Shown here piece after piece: positions 50,711 to 61,489 of a stretch of DNA of 64,000 nucleotides. Position 1 is the first letter of the stretch. The number at the start of each line of letters is the position of its first letter. The position numbers and the translations under genes are program-made. The notes beneath the pieces are model-generated. The model had not been told where the DNA came from and searched no databases. It saw only the letters and a program-made list of their open reading frames with translations. Origin of the DNA: an uncultured delta proteobacterium. Lineage in GTDB: Bacteria > Desulfobacterota > Binatia > Binatales > Binataceae. The DNA lies in NCBI GenBank assembly GCA_963794325.1, contig CAWCDG010000009.1:64001-128000 (forward strand), read 5' to 3'.

Positions 50711-51169
50711 TTATTGATTCGGCGATGCTCCAGTCACTTTCGTGTTCGGAGTGTTCACTTCGATACTATGCTGTTGCCCGGGGACGTTGGTATGAATGTC
50801 GCCGCTGATAAGCGTCACGCGGCTTGGCACGGACTGCCCGTTCACCATGACGCTGTCCTCGATCTCGACGCTGGTGTTGCCGGCGAGCGCCATCGAGCTG
50901 CCGTCGCCAAACCCAAGTGTCACAGCACCGTCCGGCTGCGTCGTCACCGTATCGTGAAGTTTGAGCGCGGTTCCTTGCTGAGCGGGGAGCGTCGCGCCGC
51001 CGCGTCCGATTTGCGCGCCGCCGCTGACCTGCGTAACCGCGCCGACGCTGTCATCGGCCCGCACCGTCGAGCTCGCGCTGAGCATACCGAGCATTGCGGC
51101 CACCGCTATGAATGTGACTGATCGGTGGATGATCCTTCGCGCACAGATTCCGGATTCGATTTTTTTCAT
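50711..51169 (-). CDS. Short secreted FecR-domain protein
   Basis: D.VTT...LGFGDGS...LAGNT...V.TPN; ends where FecR-domain proteins usually continue. Confidence 0.65.
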   Translation of the reverse strand: MKKIESGICARRIIHRSVTFIAVAAMLGMLSASSTVRADDSVGAVTQVSGGAQIGRGGATLPAQQGTALKLHDTVTTQPDGAVTLGFGDGSSMALAGNTSVEIEDSVMVNGQSVPSRVTLISGDIHTNVPGQQHSIEVNTPNTKVTGASPNQ

Positions 51170-51329
51170 ATGAATTCCTGCGTCCTGCTGTCTCGTTAAA
51201 CTCTCACGCACGATACCATAGCATCGCTAAGCCCTTGCAGCTACGAAGCCAAAGGGCAAATGCTCCGGTCGCGCGTTGAAACCAATCTCGGGGGGAAATA
51301 CCCTCATAGCCGGGTATCGAAACCAAGGT

Positions 51330-51563
51330 ATGACGGGAATCGGCAAATCTGTTCTCGCAGCCGCGATGCTTGTTTGCGCGATCTCGGTCACTGGATGCGT
51401 GCAGACGCAGGAGATCGATCAGACGATGCCGCCGTACGCATCGATCTCCGACGAAGGTCGCGATCCGCCGAAGCCTCCACCACCGTCCGATGATTCCGGC
51501 GGATTCATGAGCGCGCTCGGGTCCGTACTTATGTTTCCCGTTCGTATGATTGAGGCGTTCTGA
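51330..51563 (+). CDS. Small hypothetical lipoprotein
   Basis: Lipobox VTG-C; Pro-rich middle. Confidence 0.55.
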   Translation: MTGIGKSVLAAAMLVCAISVTGCVQTQEIDQTMPPYASISDEGRDPPKPPPPSDDSGGFMSALGSVLMFPVRMIEAF

Positions 51564-51594
51564 ATCAATTCAAATAGTCTCTCGCGGTCCCGCT

Positions 51595-52161
51595 GTGAGC
51601 ACTCGAACCTTCACGAATCTCGAAACCCCACGCCTGATTCTGAGGCGCTTTCGCGGTTCGGACCTCGCGAGTTTCATGGCCTATCGAAACGATCGCGAAG
51701 TCGCACGCTACCAGTCGTGGGAATCGATTTCCCATGCTGAAGCGGCGAAATTCATCGCGCAGCAGGGACGCCACCGCCCCGGGATTCCCGGCAAGTGGTT
51801 TCAATTCGCGGCGGAAATCAAAGCGGGCGGCGAACTGGCCGGCGATTGCGCACTGCTGGTTATCAGGACGACGCCGCGAATCGGTGAGATCGGCTACACC
51901 TTCGCGCGCGCATACCAGCACAGCGGACTCGCGACTGAGGCTGCGCGAGCGGTGATAGATTTCGCCTTCGATGTGCTCGAGCTCAACCGCGTAATCGCCA
52001 CCACCGATTGCCGCAATGCTCCGTCGGTCGCGCTGATGGAGCGGCTCGGAATGAAAAGGGCAGGGCACTTCCTCCACAACGCCTGGTTCAAGGGCGAATG
52101 GTGCGACGAGTACCAGTATGCGGCGATCCGCGACGAATGGTCGCGCGACTGCCTTTCTTGA
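51595..52161 (+). CDS. RimJ/RimL GNAT acetyltransferase
   Basis: LETPRLILR, EIGY, G.ATEA, N..S..LMERLGM. Confidence 0.9.
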   Translation: MSTRTFTNLETPRLILRRFRGSDLASFMAYRNDREVARYQSWESISHAEAAKFIAQQGRHRPGIPGKWFQFAAEIKAGGELAGDCALLVIRTTPRIGEIGYTFARAYQHSGLATEAARAVIDFAFDVLELNRVIATTDCRNAPSVALMERLGMKRAGHFLHNAWFKGEWCDEYQYAAIRDEWSRDCLS

Positions 52162-52206
52162 CAATCTCGCCCGACGCGTCATTGATACGGCAAGTCCGCC
52201 TTCTAA

Positions 52207-52359
52207 CAGGCTGTTGAAAAAGTAATTTTCAACCCCTGTTCCCTCTCTCTTGTCTCCCCCAGAGGGGGAGAGGTTATAGGTAGGAGGACAGTTTTTACGC
52301 AGGGTGTTGAAAAGCTTGAAATCGAAAATGACGATTGGTCCCAGTTTTTCAACACCCCG
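52207..52359. repeat. MITE-like composite palindromic repeat, copy 2
   Basis: Near-identical to 42572-42723. Confidence 0.8.
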
Positions 52360-52374
52360 CCAGGAGGATTCGCC

Positions 52375-53490
52375 ATGACCCGGATAATCGACGCCGACGG
52401 GCATATCGTCGAGCCGCGCGCGCTCTGGCAAGACTACGCCGAGCCGAAATTTCGCGATCGCATGATCCAGATTCGGCGCAATCGCGACGGTGGCGACGAG
52501 CTGTGGATCAACGACGAAAATCGCAGCCGCCCGTCGCTCCCGGTGGCGGCGTCGATGACTCCGGGCGGACTTTCCGATCTAGATCGCGCGCGCAAACTTA
52601 CTTGGGACGACATCCTGCCCGGCGGCTACGATCCTCACGCCCGCATCAAGGTGATGGATGAAGAGGGCATCGACGTCGCCGTTCTTTACCCGTCGTTGTG
52701 GCTGCTCTACGGCGACCTGACCGATCCGCCGCTCGCGGCGGCCGCGTGTCGCGCTTATAACAACTGGCTCGCTGATTTCTGCAAGCCATTTCCGAAACGG
52801 CTGTTCGGCGTCGCACCGATGCCGATCCAGGACGTCAACGAAGCGATCCGCGAGATGCGCCGCGTCGTGCGTGAACTCGGCTTCAAAGCGGTCTTCGTCA
52901 GGCCCAATCCTTTCAATGGGCGCCGTCTCAACGACGCGGCCTACGATCCGTTCTGGCGCGAAGCGCAGGAGCTAGACATTCCGGTCGCCGTTCACGGCAG
53001 CTTCGGTACCAAGATGCCCACGATGGGCGGCGATCGTTATCACGATCCGTTCTTCTTCCACATGGTCTGTCATCCGTTCGAGCAGCAAGCGGCCTGCATG
53101 GATATCGTGTGCGGCGGAGTGCTCGCGCGATTTCCAAAACTGACGGTCGGCTTCCTCGAGTCGGGAATAGGATGGCTCGGGTACTGGCTCGATCGGATGG
53201 ACAGCCATTACGAGAAGATGGGCACCTACGTGCCGTGGCTGAAGCGCAAGCCGAGCGAGTACTTTGTCGAGCAATGCTACATCTCGATGGATCCCGACGA
53301 GAGCACGCTGAAAGCGATGATCGATCTGGGCGTCGAGCGCAACGTGCTATGGGGCTCGGACTACCCGCACTTCGACTGCACCTATCCGGGCGTGGTGCGC
53401 GAGGTAACCCGCGTGCTGGAGAAACTGCCCGCGAGCGCCCGCGACAACATCCTGACGCAGAATGCGCTGCGGTTTTACCGGCTCAGCTAG
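52375..53490 (+). CDS. Amidohydrolase family 2 protein
   Basis: IDADGHIVE, AYNNWL, VHG, FLESG, WGSDYPHFD. Confidence 0.9.
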   Translation: MTRIIDADGHIVEPRALWQDYAEPKFRDRMIQIRRNRDGGDELWINDENRSRPSLPVAASMTPGGLSDLDRARKLTWDDILPGGYDPHARIKVMDEEGIDVAVLYPSLWLLYGDLTDPPLAAAACRAYNNWLADFCKPFPKRLFGVAPMPIQDVNEAIREMRRVVRELGFKAVFVRPNPFNGRRLNDAAYDPFWREAQELDIPVAVHGSFGTKMPTMGGDRYHDPFFFHMVCHPFEQQAACMDIVCGGVLARFPKLTVGFLESGIGWLGYWLDRMDSHYEKMGTYVPWLKRKPSEYFVEQCYISMDPDESTLKAMIDLGVERNVLWGSDYPHFDCTYPGVVREVTRVLEKLPASARDNILTQNALRFYRLS

Positions 53491-53507
53491 TCAGCCCGTA
53501 TTCCGGT

Positions 53508-53544
53508 CCCCTTCCAACTATGGGAAGGGGTTAGGGTGGTTAGG
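53508..53544. repeat. REP-like palindrome between convergent genes
   Basis: CCCCTTCC..GGAAGGGG-TTAGGGTGGTTAGG. Confidence 0.4.
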
Positions 53545-54277
53545 TGGCGCGGGCATGTACGATCGCGCCGCCGAGGCCGCCTGCGGCGATTACGCCGTGC
53601 AGACCGGAATACATCGAAAAAACGAAGTTGTACCATTCAGCGCCGCCGATCTTTTCGATCTTGTCGCGCTTGAGCTGAATTCGTCGGACGAACTCCGCGT
53701 ACCATCGCGCGTACTCGGCGTTTAGATCCTCGATATCGCCGGCCTGCCACCCGGCATCACGCAGCATCGCAGCAATCTCCGACAATCGAATCGCATGCGG
53801 CATCATTGGGTTCGGCGTATCACCCGCCTTCGCGCCGACGGTGTAGTCGAAGATGACGAGCGCAGCACCGGGCGTCGCCACTTTGCGTAAGCCCGCCAGC
53901 GCCTCGGGTTGGCGATCGAACGCGTAGAACGCGTTGAGCATGTAGATGACGTCAAACTTTCGCGTGACGGTGCGCGGTACATCGAGCACGTCGCAAACGT
54001 GAAATTCAATTTCTGGATAGGTAGTGCGCGCGTACTCGATCGATTCGGCGTCGCGATCGATTCCTTCGACATTCCCCCATCCATGCCGCCGCAAATATTC
54101 CGCGCTGCCGCCACGCCCGCATCCGACGTCGAGCAACCAACTGTCGCCGTTTTTCGGAATCGAACGAAACGAGCGCTCGATCGCTTCTTCCTCGCCGGCA
54201 TGCGCGTAATCGCCCTCGCGAATCAGCGCGAGGATCCGCTTGCCTTCGAATGAGTTCATGTTCATCGGCGATGGCAT
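53540..54277 (-). CDS. Class I SAM-dependent methyltransferase
   Basis: LLDVGCGRGG; start region MPSPMNMNS. Confidence 0.82.
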   Translation of the reverse strand: MPSPMNMNSFEGKRILALIREGDYAHAGEEEAIERSFRSIPKNGDSWLLDVGCGRGGSAEYLRRHGWGNVEGIDRDAESIEYARTTYPEIEFHVCDVLDVPRTVTRKFDVIYMLNAFYAFDRQPEALAGLRKVATPGAALVIFDYTVGAKAGDTPNPMMPHAIRLSEIAAMLRDAGWQAGDIEDLNAEYARWYAEFVRRIQLKRDKIEKIGGAEWYNFVFSMYSGLHGVIAAGGLGGAIVHARAT

Positions 54278-54392
54278 GGCGCTTGAGCCAGTATAGTACC
54301 TCAAAGGATTTTGCCCGAAGAGCGCCCAAATGATAGTCATGCGCGGCATGACGACGAATGCGGGGGCTCGCCGTCGGGGAGGGAAATTCACA

Positions 54393-55829
54393 ATGCCCGC
54401 AAGTCTCGGCCGTGCCCGAATCGTTGTTCCGATCGCGCTTCTGACTTTCACGCTGATGTTTGGCGGATCAGCGCTGGCCAAGCCAGCGACCTTCTGCGTC
54501 AACCCGGGCGGCACTGCTGGATGCTTCTCGAAGATCCAGGATGCGGTGAACGCAACGGGAAAATCCGGTTCCGTCGTCAACGTCGCTGTCGGAGCCTACT
54601 TCGACAATGTGACTGTTCCGAAAATCAAGCTGACCATAAACGCCGATCCCGACACGGCAATTTTTGGGAACACCAGTGATCCGATCCTCACGATTGCCGC
54701 CGGCGCGAAAGTAACCATCAACAATCTGCAATTCCAGGACACATTTACCAGCTCATCATGCATCGAGAGCCATGGCAGCCTGACGATGCACAACGTTGCA
54801 GTCTTTCTTTGCGCCGGAATGAGAGGCGCGGCGATCCACCAGATCGGCGGGAAGCTTACGATCACCGACAGCGAGATCAACGGCAACGAGGCGACGGAAA
54901 ACGGTGGATGTCTGGCGATGGAAGGCGGCAAACTGAATCTTCGGAATACCGACCTTACTAACTGCTTTGCAGGCGGAGACGGCGGCGCGCTCTGGCTGTC
55001 AAACACCAAGGCCAATATCGTCGGTCGCGCCGGCGAAGCTCACCAACCGTCGCTTAATATCATGAGCAACCAGGCGTCTGGTTCCGGCGGAGGTATCTTT
55101 GCCAGCGGCGGAAAAATCTCCATCGAAGCGACGATCCTGTCGGACAACTTTGCGACGGGTGGAGATGGCGGCGGAATTGATTCGATCTCGTCCTTGACGA
55201 TCACCAACAGTGTCATCGAGAACAACACCTCGCTCGACGACGGCGGCGGTATCCTGGCTCAGCCGACGGGCAAACTCAGCGTGATCAACAGCTCGATCAT
55301 CGGCAACAACTCTGACGAGAGCGACGGGGGCGGAATTGCGGCGGAGACGACGTTCAACCTGGTTAACGATACGCTGTTCGGTAACCGCAGCGCTCAAAAT
55401 GGCGGGGCGATCCTCGCTCAAGCGAACGGTAAAATCGGCTCGCTGACGATCGACGGCAACCACTCAGTGCACGGTAACGGCGGCGGCATCGACATCGCCA
55501 GCGGCTCGGTGAAAATCTCGAACACGATCATGGCGCTGAATTCGGCGCCGATGGAATTCGCCCAGGACTGCGGTGGCAGCTTCGTGTCGCAGGGCTTCAA
55601 CCTGATCTTTGACACGACAGGATGTACGGTTTCCGGGCAGACCGCGTCGAACATCACCGGCGAAGATCCCAATCTTGGCGCACCAGGGCCGTTCGACGTT
55701 AAGATCGTGCAGGAGCCGAATCAGGGGAGCCCGGTGCTCGGCGCCGGCGGGCATTGCCAGAAGACCGACGAGCGATTGCACTCACGCCCGAAGACCCGAT
55801 GCGACATCGGCGCCTTCGAATCGCCGTAA
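54393..55829 (+). CDS. Secreted beta-helix protein (GGAI/GGGI repeats, choice-of-anchor Q-like C-terminus)
   Basis: Repeated N.A..GGG(I/L) motifs; ends CDIGAFE. Confidence 0.8.
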   Translation: MPASLGRARIVVPIALLTFTLMFGGSALAKPATFCVNPGGTAGCFSKIQDAVNATGKSGSVVNVAVGAYFDNVTVPKIKLTINADPDTAIFGNTSDPILTIAAGAKVTINNLQFQDTFTSSSCIESHGSLTMHNVAVFLCAGMRGAAIHQIGGKLTITDSEINGNEATENGGCLAMEGGKLNLRNTDLTNCFAGGDGGALWLSNTKANIVGRAGEAHQPSLNIMSNQASGSGGGIFASGGKISIEATILSDNFATGGDGGGIDSISSLTITNSVIENNTSLDDGGGILAQPTGKLSVINSSIIGNNSDESDGGGIAAETTFNLVNDTLFGNRSAQNGGAILAQANGKIGSLTIDGNHSVHGNGGGIDIASGSVKISNTIMALNSAPMEFAQDCGGSFVSQGFNLIFDTTGCTVSGQTASNITGEDPNLGAPGPFDVKIVQEPNQGSPVLGAGGHCQKTDERLHSRPKTRCDIGAFESP

Positions 55830-55943
55830 GTTCGCTAGCGATAAATATCACCCTCGCGACGCTTGCTTGCGCTATGGCGGGAGCGACTCCATACTCCGGC
55901 GCGTAGTCGGTTCGCGGGGTAGCGAGTCGCGCGGGGAGATCAA

Positions 55944-57113
55944 ATGATTCGACAGATTGGGCTCCGGGTATTTGTGTGTCTGTTTTTCCTGATTGCAGCG
56001 GCTCCGGCTCGCGCGGGCGACGTTGCTGAGGCGCTGACCACCTTCGCGGCTGCCAAGGTCGTAATCGGACAAAAGGACTTCACCGGCGGCGATTGTAATC
56101 GAGTGACGGAGATTCCCGCCGCTAACACTCTTTGCGAGGGGGAAGGTGCTCCGGCGTTGGGCAAGAAACGACTTTACATTCCCGACAGCGTTAACGAGCG
56201 CGTGTTGGGATTCAAGAAAATCCCGAAAAAGAATGGCGCATCCGCCAAGTTCGTGCTCGGTCAGACCAACTTCTCGAACATCAGTCCTGGGACGGACAGT
56301 AAGTCTTTCGATTATCCATCGCGACTTGCGATTGCGGGCAGTCAGCTATTCGTGGTGGATTTCAGCAACAACCGCGTGCTCATCTGGAACAAGCTGCCGA
56401 CCAAGACCGACACGCCCGCGAATGTGGTAGTCGGCCAACCCGACTTTAACTCAAGTACAGGCGAGGTCACCCAATCGGGGCTGCGCGGTCCGGACGCGGT
56501 GGCGGTCGCAGGTGGCAAGCTGTTCGTATCAGACCACGCGAACAATCGAGTCCTGATTTGGAATCCGATTCCTACCGCCAATGGCGCGAATGCAAATGTC
56601 GTACTGGGCCAGGCCGATTTCACCAGTTCCGGCACCGCGACCAGTCAAACCGGGTTAGATGGGCCGGCCGGGCTATGGAGCGACGGCACCCGGCTGGTGG
56701 TCGCGGATTTCTTTAACAACCGGGTACTGATTTGGAAAAGCATTCCGACCGCCAATGACGCGCCGGCCGATTTAGTCGTGGGACAACCGGATTTCAACTC
56801 CAGCAGCGTCTCGGGGATAACCGCGCAAAGCCTCGAGGAACCAGGCGACGTAACATCGGATGGCACCAGATTGTTGGTGGCGGATTCGAGAAACAATCGC
56901 GTACTGGTGTACGCACCTTTTCCCACTGCGAACGATCCAGCAGCCAGCATCGTGCTCGGTCAAGCCGATTTCACACATGACCTGGCGAATGCGGGAAATG
57001 CAACGCCATCTGCGCAAACTCTCAACGATCCTTTCGGTGTATCTGTGATCGGCAAGCAACTGTTCGTCGACGACAATGGCAACTCGCGGATCTTGATATT
57101 TAGCTTGCAGTAA
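55944..57113 (+). CDS. Secreted NHL-repeat beta-propeller
   Basis: Repeated L.V.D..NNRVLIW and VVGQPDF units. Confidence 0.85.
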   Translation: MIRQIGLRVFVCLFFLIAAAPARAGDVAEALTTFAAAKVVIGQKDFTGGDCNRVTEIPAANTLCEGEGAPALGKKRLYIPDSVNERVLGFKKIPKKNGASAKFVLGQTNFSNISPGTDSKSFDYPSRLAIAGSQLFVVDFSNNRVLIWNKLPTKTDTPANVVVGQPDFNSSTGEVTQSGLRGPDAVAVAGGKLFVSDHANNRVLIWNPIPTANGANANVVLGQADFTSSGTATSQTGLDGPAGLWSDGTRLVVADFFNNRVLIWKSIPTANDAPADLVVGQPDFNSSSVSGITAQSLEEPGDVTSDGTRLLVADSRNNRVLVYAPFPTANDPAASIVLGQADFTHDLANAGNATPSAQTLNDPFGVSVIGKQLFVDDNGNSRILIFSLQ

Positions 57114-57155
57114 GTGACAGCCGCCACGTCGCGTGTGTCCGGGGCGGCGACGATT

Positions 57156-60100
57156 CTACGAGGCGAGGCGGCCGTCTGCCGGTTCTGAAGTTTGCGGGGC
57201 CGCGATCTTTTTGGTCGCTGGCTGGATAGCCGGCACAACCTCGCGCCCTTCGCGCCACGCGTTGTAACGTTCCAGGAAAGCTTCCATGTAAGTGTAGAAG
57301 ACCGGTGTTATGTAGAGGGTCAGGAACTGCGAGAAGAACAGACCTCCCACTACTGCCACGCCTAGCGGACGGCGCGACGATCCGCCGGCGCCCAGTCCTA
57401 TGGCGATCGGCAAGGTTCCCATCAGCGCCGCCATCGTGGTCATCATGATCGGGCGGAAGCGGATGATGCAGCCCTCGAAGATCGCGTCGGCCGGCGATTT
57501 GCCTTCGGTGCGCTGAGCATCGAGCGCGAAGTCGATCATCATGATGGCGTTCTTCTTGACCAGACCCACCAGCATGATCACGCCGACAAATGCGAACAGG
57601 TCGAGCTCCATCCCGAACAGCCACAGCGTCATCAACGCGCCGAAGCCCGCCGACGGCAGGCCGGAGAGAATCGTGATCGGATGGATGAAACTTTCGTAGA
57701 GCACGCCCAGCACCAGGTAGATGACGAGGATCGTCATCATCAGCAACACGCCGAGTCCCGAGAGCGACGACTCGAATGCCTGCGCAGTGCCCTGGAAGTC
57801 CGTCGTGATGCTATCGGGCAGCGTCGCCGCCGCAAGCTTGTTCACCTCGCCGAGCGCTTTGCCCAGTGAAACGCCGGGCGCGACGTCGAATGAAATCGTC
57901 GCCGACGGCAGTTGTCCCGAATGGTTAACCTGCAAGGGCCCCAGCGATCGCGTGAACTTGACCAGCGTGTCGAGCGGCACCAGCGCGCCGCTGGACGATC
58001 GCACGTACAGCAGCGACAGCGTGCCCGGCTCGGACTGGTACTGCGGCTCGACCTCCATGATGACCCAGTACTCGTCGTTGGGCGCGTAGATTGTCGAGAT
58101 CTGGCGCGAGCCATAGGCATTGTAGAGCGCGTCCTCGATCGCTCCCGCGGAAATTCCCAGCGAGTGCGCCTTGTCGCGATCGATGTCGATACTCACCTGC
58201 GGATTTTCAACTTGCAGGTCGCTGTTGACGCCGCGCAAATCCGGCAGCTGGCGCAGTTTCGATTCGAGCAGCGGCGCGTACTTGTAGAGCGTCGCGGTGT
58301 TCTGACTCTGCAGCGTCATCTGGTACATGCTGCGCGTGAATTGCGCGCCAATCCGAATGGGCGGCGGATTCTGCAGAAACACGCGCAGCCCGGGCACGCT
58401 GTTCAGCACCGGCCGCCACTTCGTGATCAATTGATCGACGCTGAGCGCGCGCTCCGACGCCGGCTTCAGATGCAGAAAAATAATTCCCGAATTGGTTGCA
58501 CCGCCCGGACCGCCCGATCCCACGCTGACGAAGTAGCTGCGAATGCTCGGGTCGTCCTTGATCAGGCTGGCGGCGGCGAGTTGATGCTCGACCATCGAGT
58601 CGTAGGAAATTCCCTGCGCCGCGAGCGTGAAGATGATCAACTGGTCGGCGTCTTCCGACGGCAGGAAGCCCTTGGGAATCGCGTAGAACATGTAGATCGT
58701 CGCTAGCAGCAGCGCGCCTGAAAAATACATCGTCGCGCGCCGATGACGCATCACCCACGACAGGCTGCGCTGATAACCGTCGAGCATCCGATCGAACCAG
58801 CGCTCGGTGACTGCGTAAAGTTTTCCGTGACGCTCGCTGCCGGGCGGCCGCAAAAAGCGCGAGCAGAGCATCGGCGTCAACGTCAGCGACACGAAGCCCG
58901 ACACCAGAATCGCCGCGCCAATCGTGACGGCGAACTCATGCAGCAGACGTCCGAGAATCCCGCCCATGAACAACACCGGGATGAACACCGCCGCGAGCGA
59001 GAACGTCATCGACAGGATGGTGAAACCGATCTCGCTGGCGCCATCGAGCGACGCGGTCATCACGTCCTTGCCCATCTCCATGTGGCGCACGATGTTCTCG
59101 AGCATGACGATCGCGTCATCGACCACGAAGCCGACTGCGAGCGTGATTGCCATCAGCGAGAGATTGTCGAGCGAGTAGTCGAGCGCCCACATGACGGCAA
59201 ACGTGCCGATGATCGACATCGGCAGCGCCAGGCTCGGGATGATCGTCGCGGACAGGTTGCGCAGGAACAGGAAGATCACCATCACGACCAGGAAGATGGT
59301 GAGCAGCAGCGTGTACTGGACGTCGTTGACCGACGCGCGAATCGTCTCGGCATGATCGCCGAGCGTGTTGATATGCAGCGAGGCGGGCACTTCCGCGCGG
59401 AAGGCGGGAATCAGGCGCAGCACATTGTCGACGACTTCGACCGTGTTGGTGCCCGGCTGACGTTGCACCGCGAGCACTACGGCACGTTCGCCGTTCGACC
59501 ATCCCGCGGTCTTGTCGTTCTGCACGCTGTCGAGCACGCGCCCGACATCCTCGAGCCGCACCGGCGAACCGTTTTGATACGCGACGATCAGCGATCGATA
59601 CGCCGCGGCGTTGGTCAACTGACCCTTGGTGTCGACGGTGAACGCCTGGTGTTTGCCGTAGAGCGTGCCGGTCGGCATATCGACGTTGGCATTCTGGATT
59701 GCGGTAGAGACCTCGTCGATGCCGATACCGCGGGTCGCCAGCGCCTTGGGATCGAGCTGAATCCGCACCGCGTACTTTTGCGATCCGTACACCTGCACCT
59801 GCGCGACGCCGGAGACCATCGAGATGCGCTCGGCCAGGTACGTCTCGGCATACTGATCGACCTGCGAAATCGGCATCGTGTTCGAGCTGAGCCCGAGATA
59901 CAGAATCGGCTGATCGGCGGGATTAACTTTGCGGTACGAAGGCGGACTCGGCATCCCCTGCGGCAGTTCGGCCTGCGTTTCGGCGATCGCGGCTTGCACG
60001 TCCTGCGCGCCGGCGTCGATATTCCGCGTGAGATTGAACTGCAGCGTGATGTTGGTCGAGCCCTGGATATTCGACGAGGTCATCGAGTCCAGGCCGGCGA

Positions 60101-60320
60101 TCGTCGAGAACTGTTTCTCGAGCGGTGTGGCGACCGACGAGGCCATCGTCTCGGGACTCGCGCCGGGCAGGCTTGCGCTCACGACGATCGTCGGGAAATC
60201 GACGTTGGGCAGATCGTTCACCGGCAGATATCGATACGCCATCAAGCCGAATAGCACGATCGCGAGCGAACTCAGCGTCGTCATCACCGGGCGGCGAATA
60301 AATCCTTCAGCGATATTCAT
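57156..60320 (-). CDS. MdtB/MdtC-like RND transporter
   Basis: FIRRPVMTTL, LPNVDFPTI, GFVVDDAIVMLENI, RFRPIMMTT. Confidence 0.93.
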   Translation of the reverse strand: MNIAEGFIRRPVMTTLSSLAIVLFGLMAYRYLPVNDLPNVDFPTIVVSASLPGASPETMASSVATPLEKQFSTIAGLDSMTSSNIQGSTNITLQFNLTRNIDAGAQDVQAAIAETQAELPQGMPSPPSYRKVNPADQPILYLGLSSNTMPISQVDQYAETYLAERISMVSGVAQVQVYGSQKYAVRIQLDPKALATRGIGIDEVSTAIQNANVDMPTGTLYGKHQAFTVDTKGQLTNAAAYRSLIVAYQNGSPVRLEDVGRVLDSVQNDKTAGWSNGERAVVLAVQRQPGTNTVEVVDNVLRLIPAFRAEVPASLHINTLGDHAETIRASVNDVQYTLLLTIFLVVMVIFLFLRNLSATIIPSLALPMSIIGTFAVMWALDYSLDNLSLMAITLAVGFVVDDAIVMLENIVRHMEMGKDVMTASLDGASEIGFTILSMTFSLAAVFIPVLFMGGILGRLLHEFAVTIGAAILVSGFVSLTLTPMLCSRFLRPPGSERHGKLYAVTERWFDRMLDGYQRSLSWVMRHRRATMYFSGALLLATIYMFYAIPKGFLPSEDADQLIIFTLAAQGISYDSMVEHQLAAASLIKDDPSIRSYFVSVGSGGPGGATNSGIIFLHLKPASERALSVDQLITKWRPVLNSVPGLRVFLQNPPPIRIGAQFTRSMYQMTLQSQNTATLYKYAPLLESKLRQLPDLRGVNSDLQVENPQVSIDIDRDKAHSLGISAGAIEDALYNAYGSRQISTIYAPNDEYWVIMEVEPQYQSEPGTLSLLYVRSSSGALVPLDTLVKFTRSLGPLQVNHSGQLPSATISFDVAPGVSLGKALGEVNKLAAATLPDSITTDFQGTAQAFESSLSGLGVLLMMTILVIYLVLGVLYESFIHPITILSGLPSAGFGALMTLWLFGMELDLFAFVGVIMLVGLVKKNAIMMIDFALDAQRTEGKSPADAIFEGCIIRFRPIMMTTMAALMGTLPIAIGLGAGGSSRRPLGVAVVGGLFFSQFLTLYITPVFYTYMEAFLERYNAWREGREVVPAIQPATKKIAAPQTSEPADGRLAS

Positions 60321-61489
60321 GACGCTGCGCCGCCCTCGGCGTTCAGGCCGCTTTTAATCGTAACCGTCGAACCGGGAATCAGCCTGAGCTGCCCGTCGGT
60401 AACGACTGTTTCGCCCGGCTTGAGCCCGCTGGTCACAACGGTCTGATTGTCGATCGATTCGCCGATCACGATCGGCCTGATCTCGGCTTTCATACTCGGC
60501 TTCACGACGAAAACGAACGAGCCCTGTTGCCCCGTCTGGACGGCCTGCGACGGCACCAGGATCGCGCCCGGATGTTCGTGCAGTACCAGCGTAGTATTGA
60601 CGAACTCGCCCGGCCATAGGCGCGCATCGGCGTTGGAAAATAGCCCCTTGAGATTTATCGTGCCGGTCTTCGCGTCAACGCTGTTATCGACGAAGCTCAG
60701 CTCGCCCGACTCGAGCGGACCCTGCTGTTCCGGCAATGAGACCTGGACAGCGAGCTTGCGCTCCGCCATGAACTCGCGCACGGCGGGCAGCTTCTGTTCG
60801 GGTATCGCGAAATCGACGTACACCGGATGCACCTGGTTGATCACAACCATCGCAGTGTCGGCGTCAGGCTTCACCAGGGCGCCGGCATGCACGAGCAAGT
60901 CGCCGGTGCGTCCGTCGATCGGCGCGCGAATCGAGGTGTACTCGAGATTCAATTGAGCGGTCTGCACCGCCGCTTCATCGGCTTCGACCGAGGCCTTGAG
61001 CGAGCCGGCCGCCGCCTCGGCCTGATCGTATTGCTGGCGCGATCCGACTTCCTGTTTGAGCAGCGTCGAGTAGCGCTGCCAATCGGCCGCCGCCTGCCGA
61101 TACTGCGCGCGATCCTTGGCGAGGTTCGCCTGTGCTTGATGAAGCGCGGCTTCGAATGGACGCGGATCGATCGTGAACAGCAGGTCGCCCTGCTTGACGT
61201 CTTGTCCTTGCCGGAAGTTCACCTGCATGATCTGCCCGTTGATCTGCGCCTTCACCTCGACGGTCGAGAAGGCCTCGACCCGGCCTATCGCGCGGATCGT
61301 ATCGGCGACAGTCTTCTGCTCGACCTTGGCCGCGAGAATCGGCACCGCCTCGCGCTCGCCGAAAGTATCAGCAGGCCCGTGCGAGCATCCCGCTATCGCA
61401 ATCAGTGCGAGCATCGGGACGAAAGCTGTCGCGCACCATCGCTTCAAGGTGAGATTGCCTTTCAACTCCGGCTTGCGGATAAACCGCAC
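60317..61489 (-). CDS. MdtA-like RND adaptor lipoprotein
   Basis: IAG-C lipobox, IDPRPF, APIDGRTG, LWPGEFV, VVTDGQ.RL.PG. Confidence 0.9.
   Translation of the reverse strand: MRFIRKPELKGNLTLKRWCATAFVPMLALIAIAGCSHGPADTFGEREAVPILAAKVEQKTVADTIRAIGRVEAFSTVEVKAQINGQIMQVNFRQGQDVKQGDLLFTIDPRPFEAALHQAQANLAKDRAQYRQAAADWQRYSTLLKQEVGSRQQYDQAEAAAGSLKASVEADEAAVQTAQLNLEYTSIRAPIDGRTGDLLVHAGALVKPDADTAMVVINQVHPVYVDFAIPEQKLPAVREFMAERKLAVQVSLPEQQGPLESGELSFVDNSVDAKTGTINLKGLFSNADARLWPGEFVNTTLVLHEHPGAILVPSQAVQTGQQGSFVFVVKPSMKAEIRPIVIGESIDNQTVVTSGLKPGETVVTDGQLRLIPGSTVTIKSGLNAEGGAAS

Noticed and set aside
51565-52431. 288-aa minus-strand ORF sharing a peptide with 42658-42891
   Set aside because: The similarity comes from translating the non-coding repeat; it overlaps the GNAT gene antisense
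58743-60254. Long antisense ORFs (503 aa here; also 14449-15621 and 37048-38181)
   Set aside because: Shadow frames of well-supported genes in GC-rich DNA, with no family motifs
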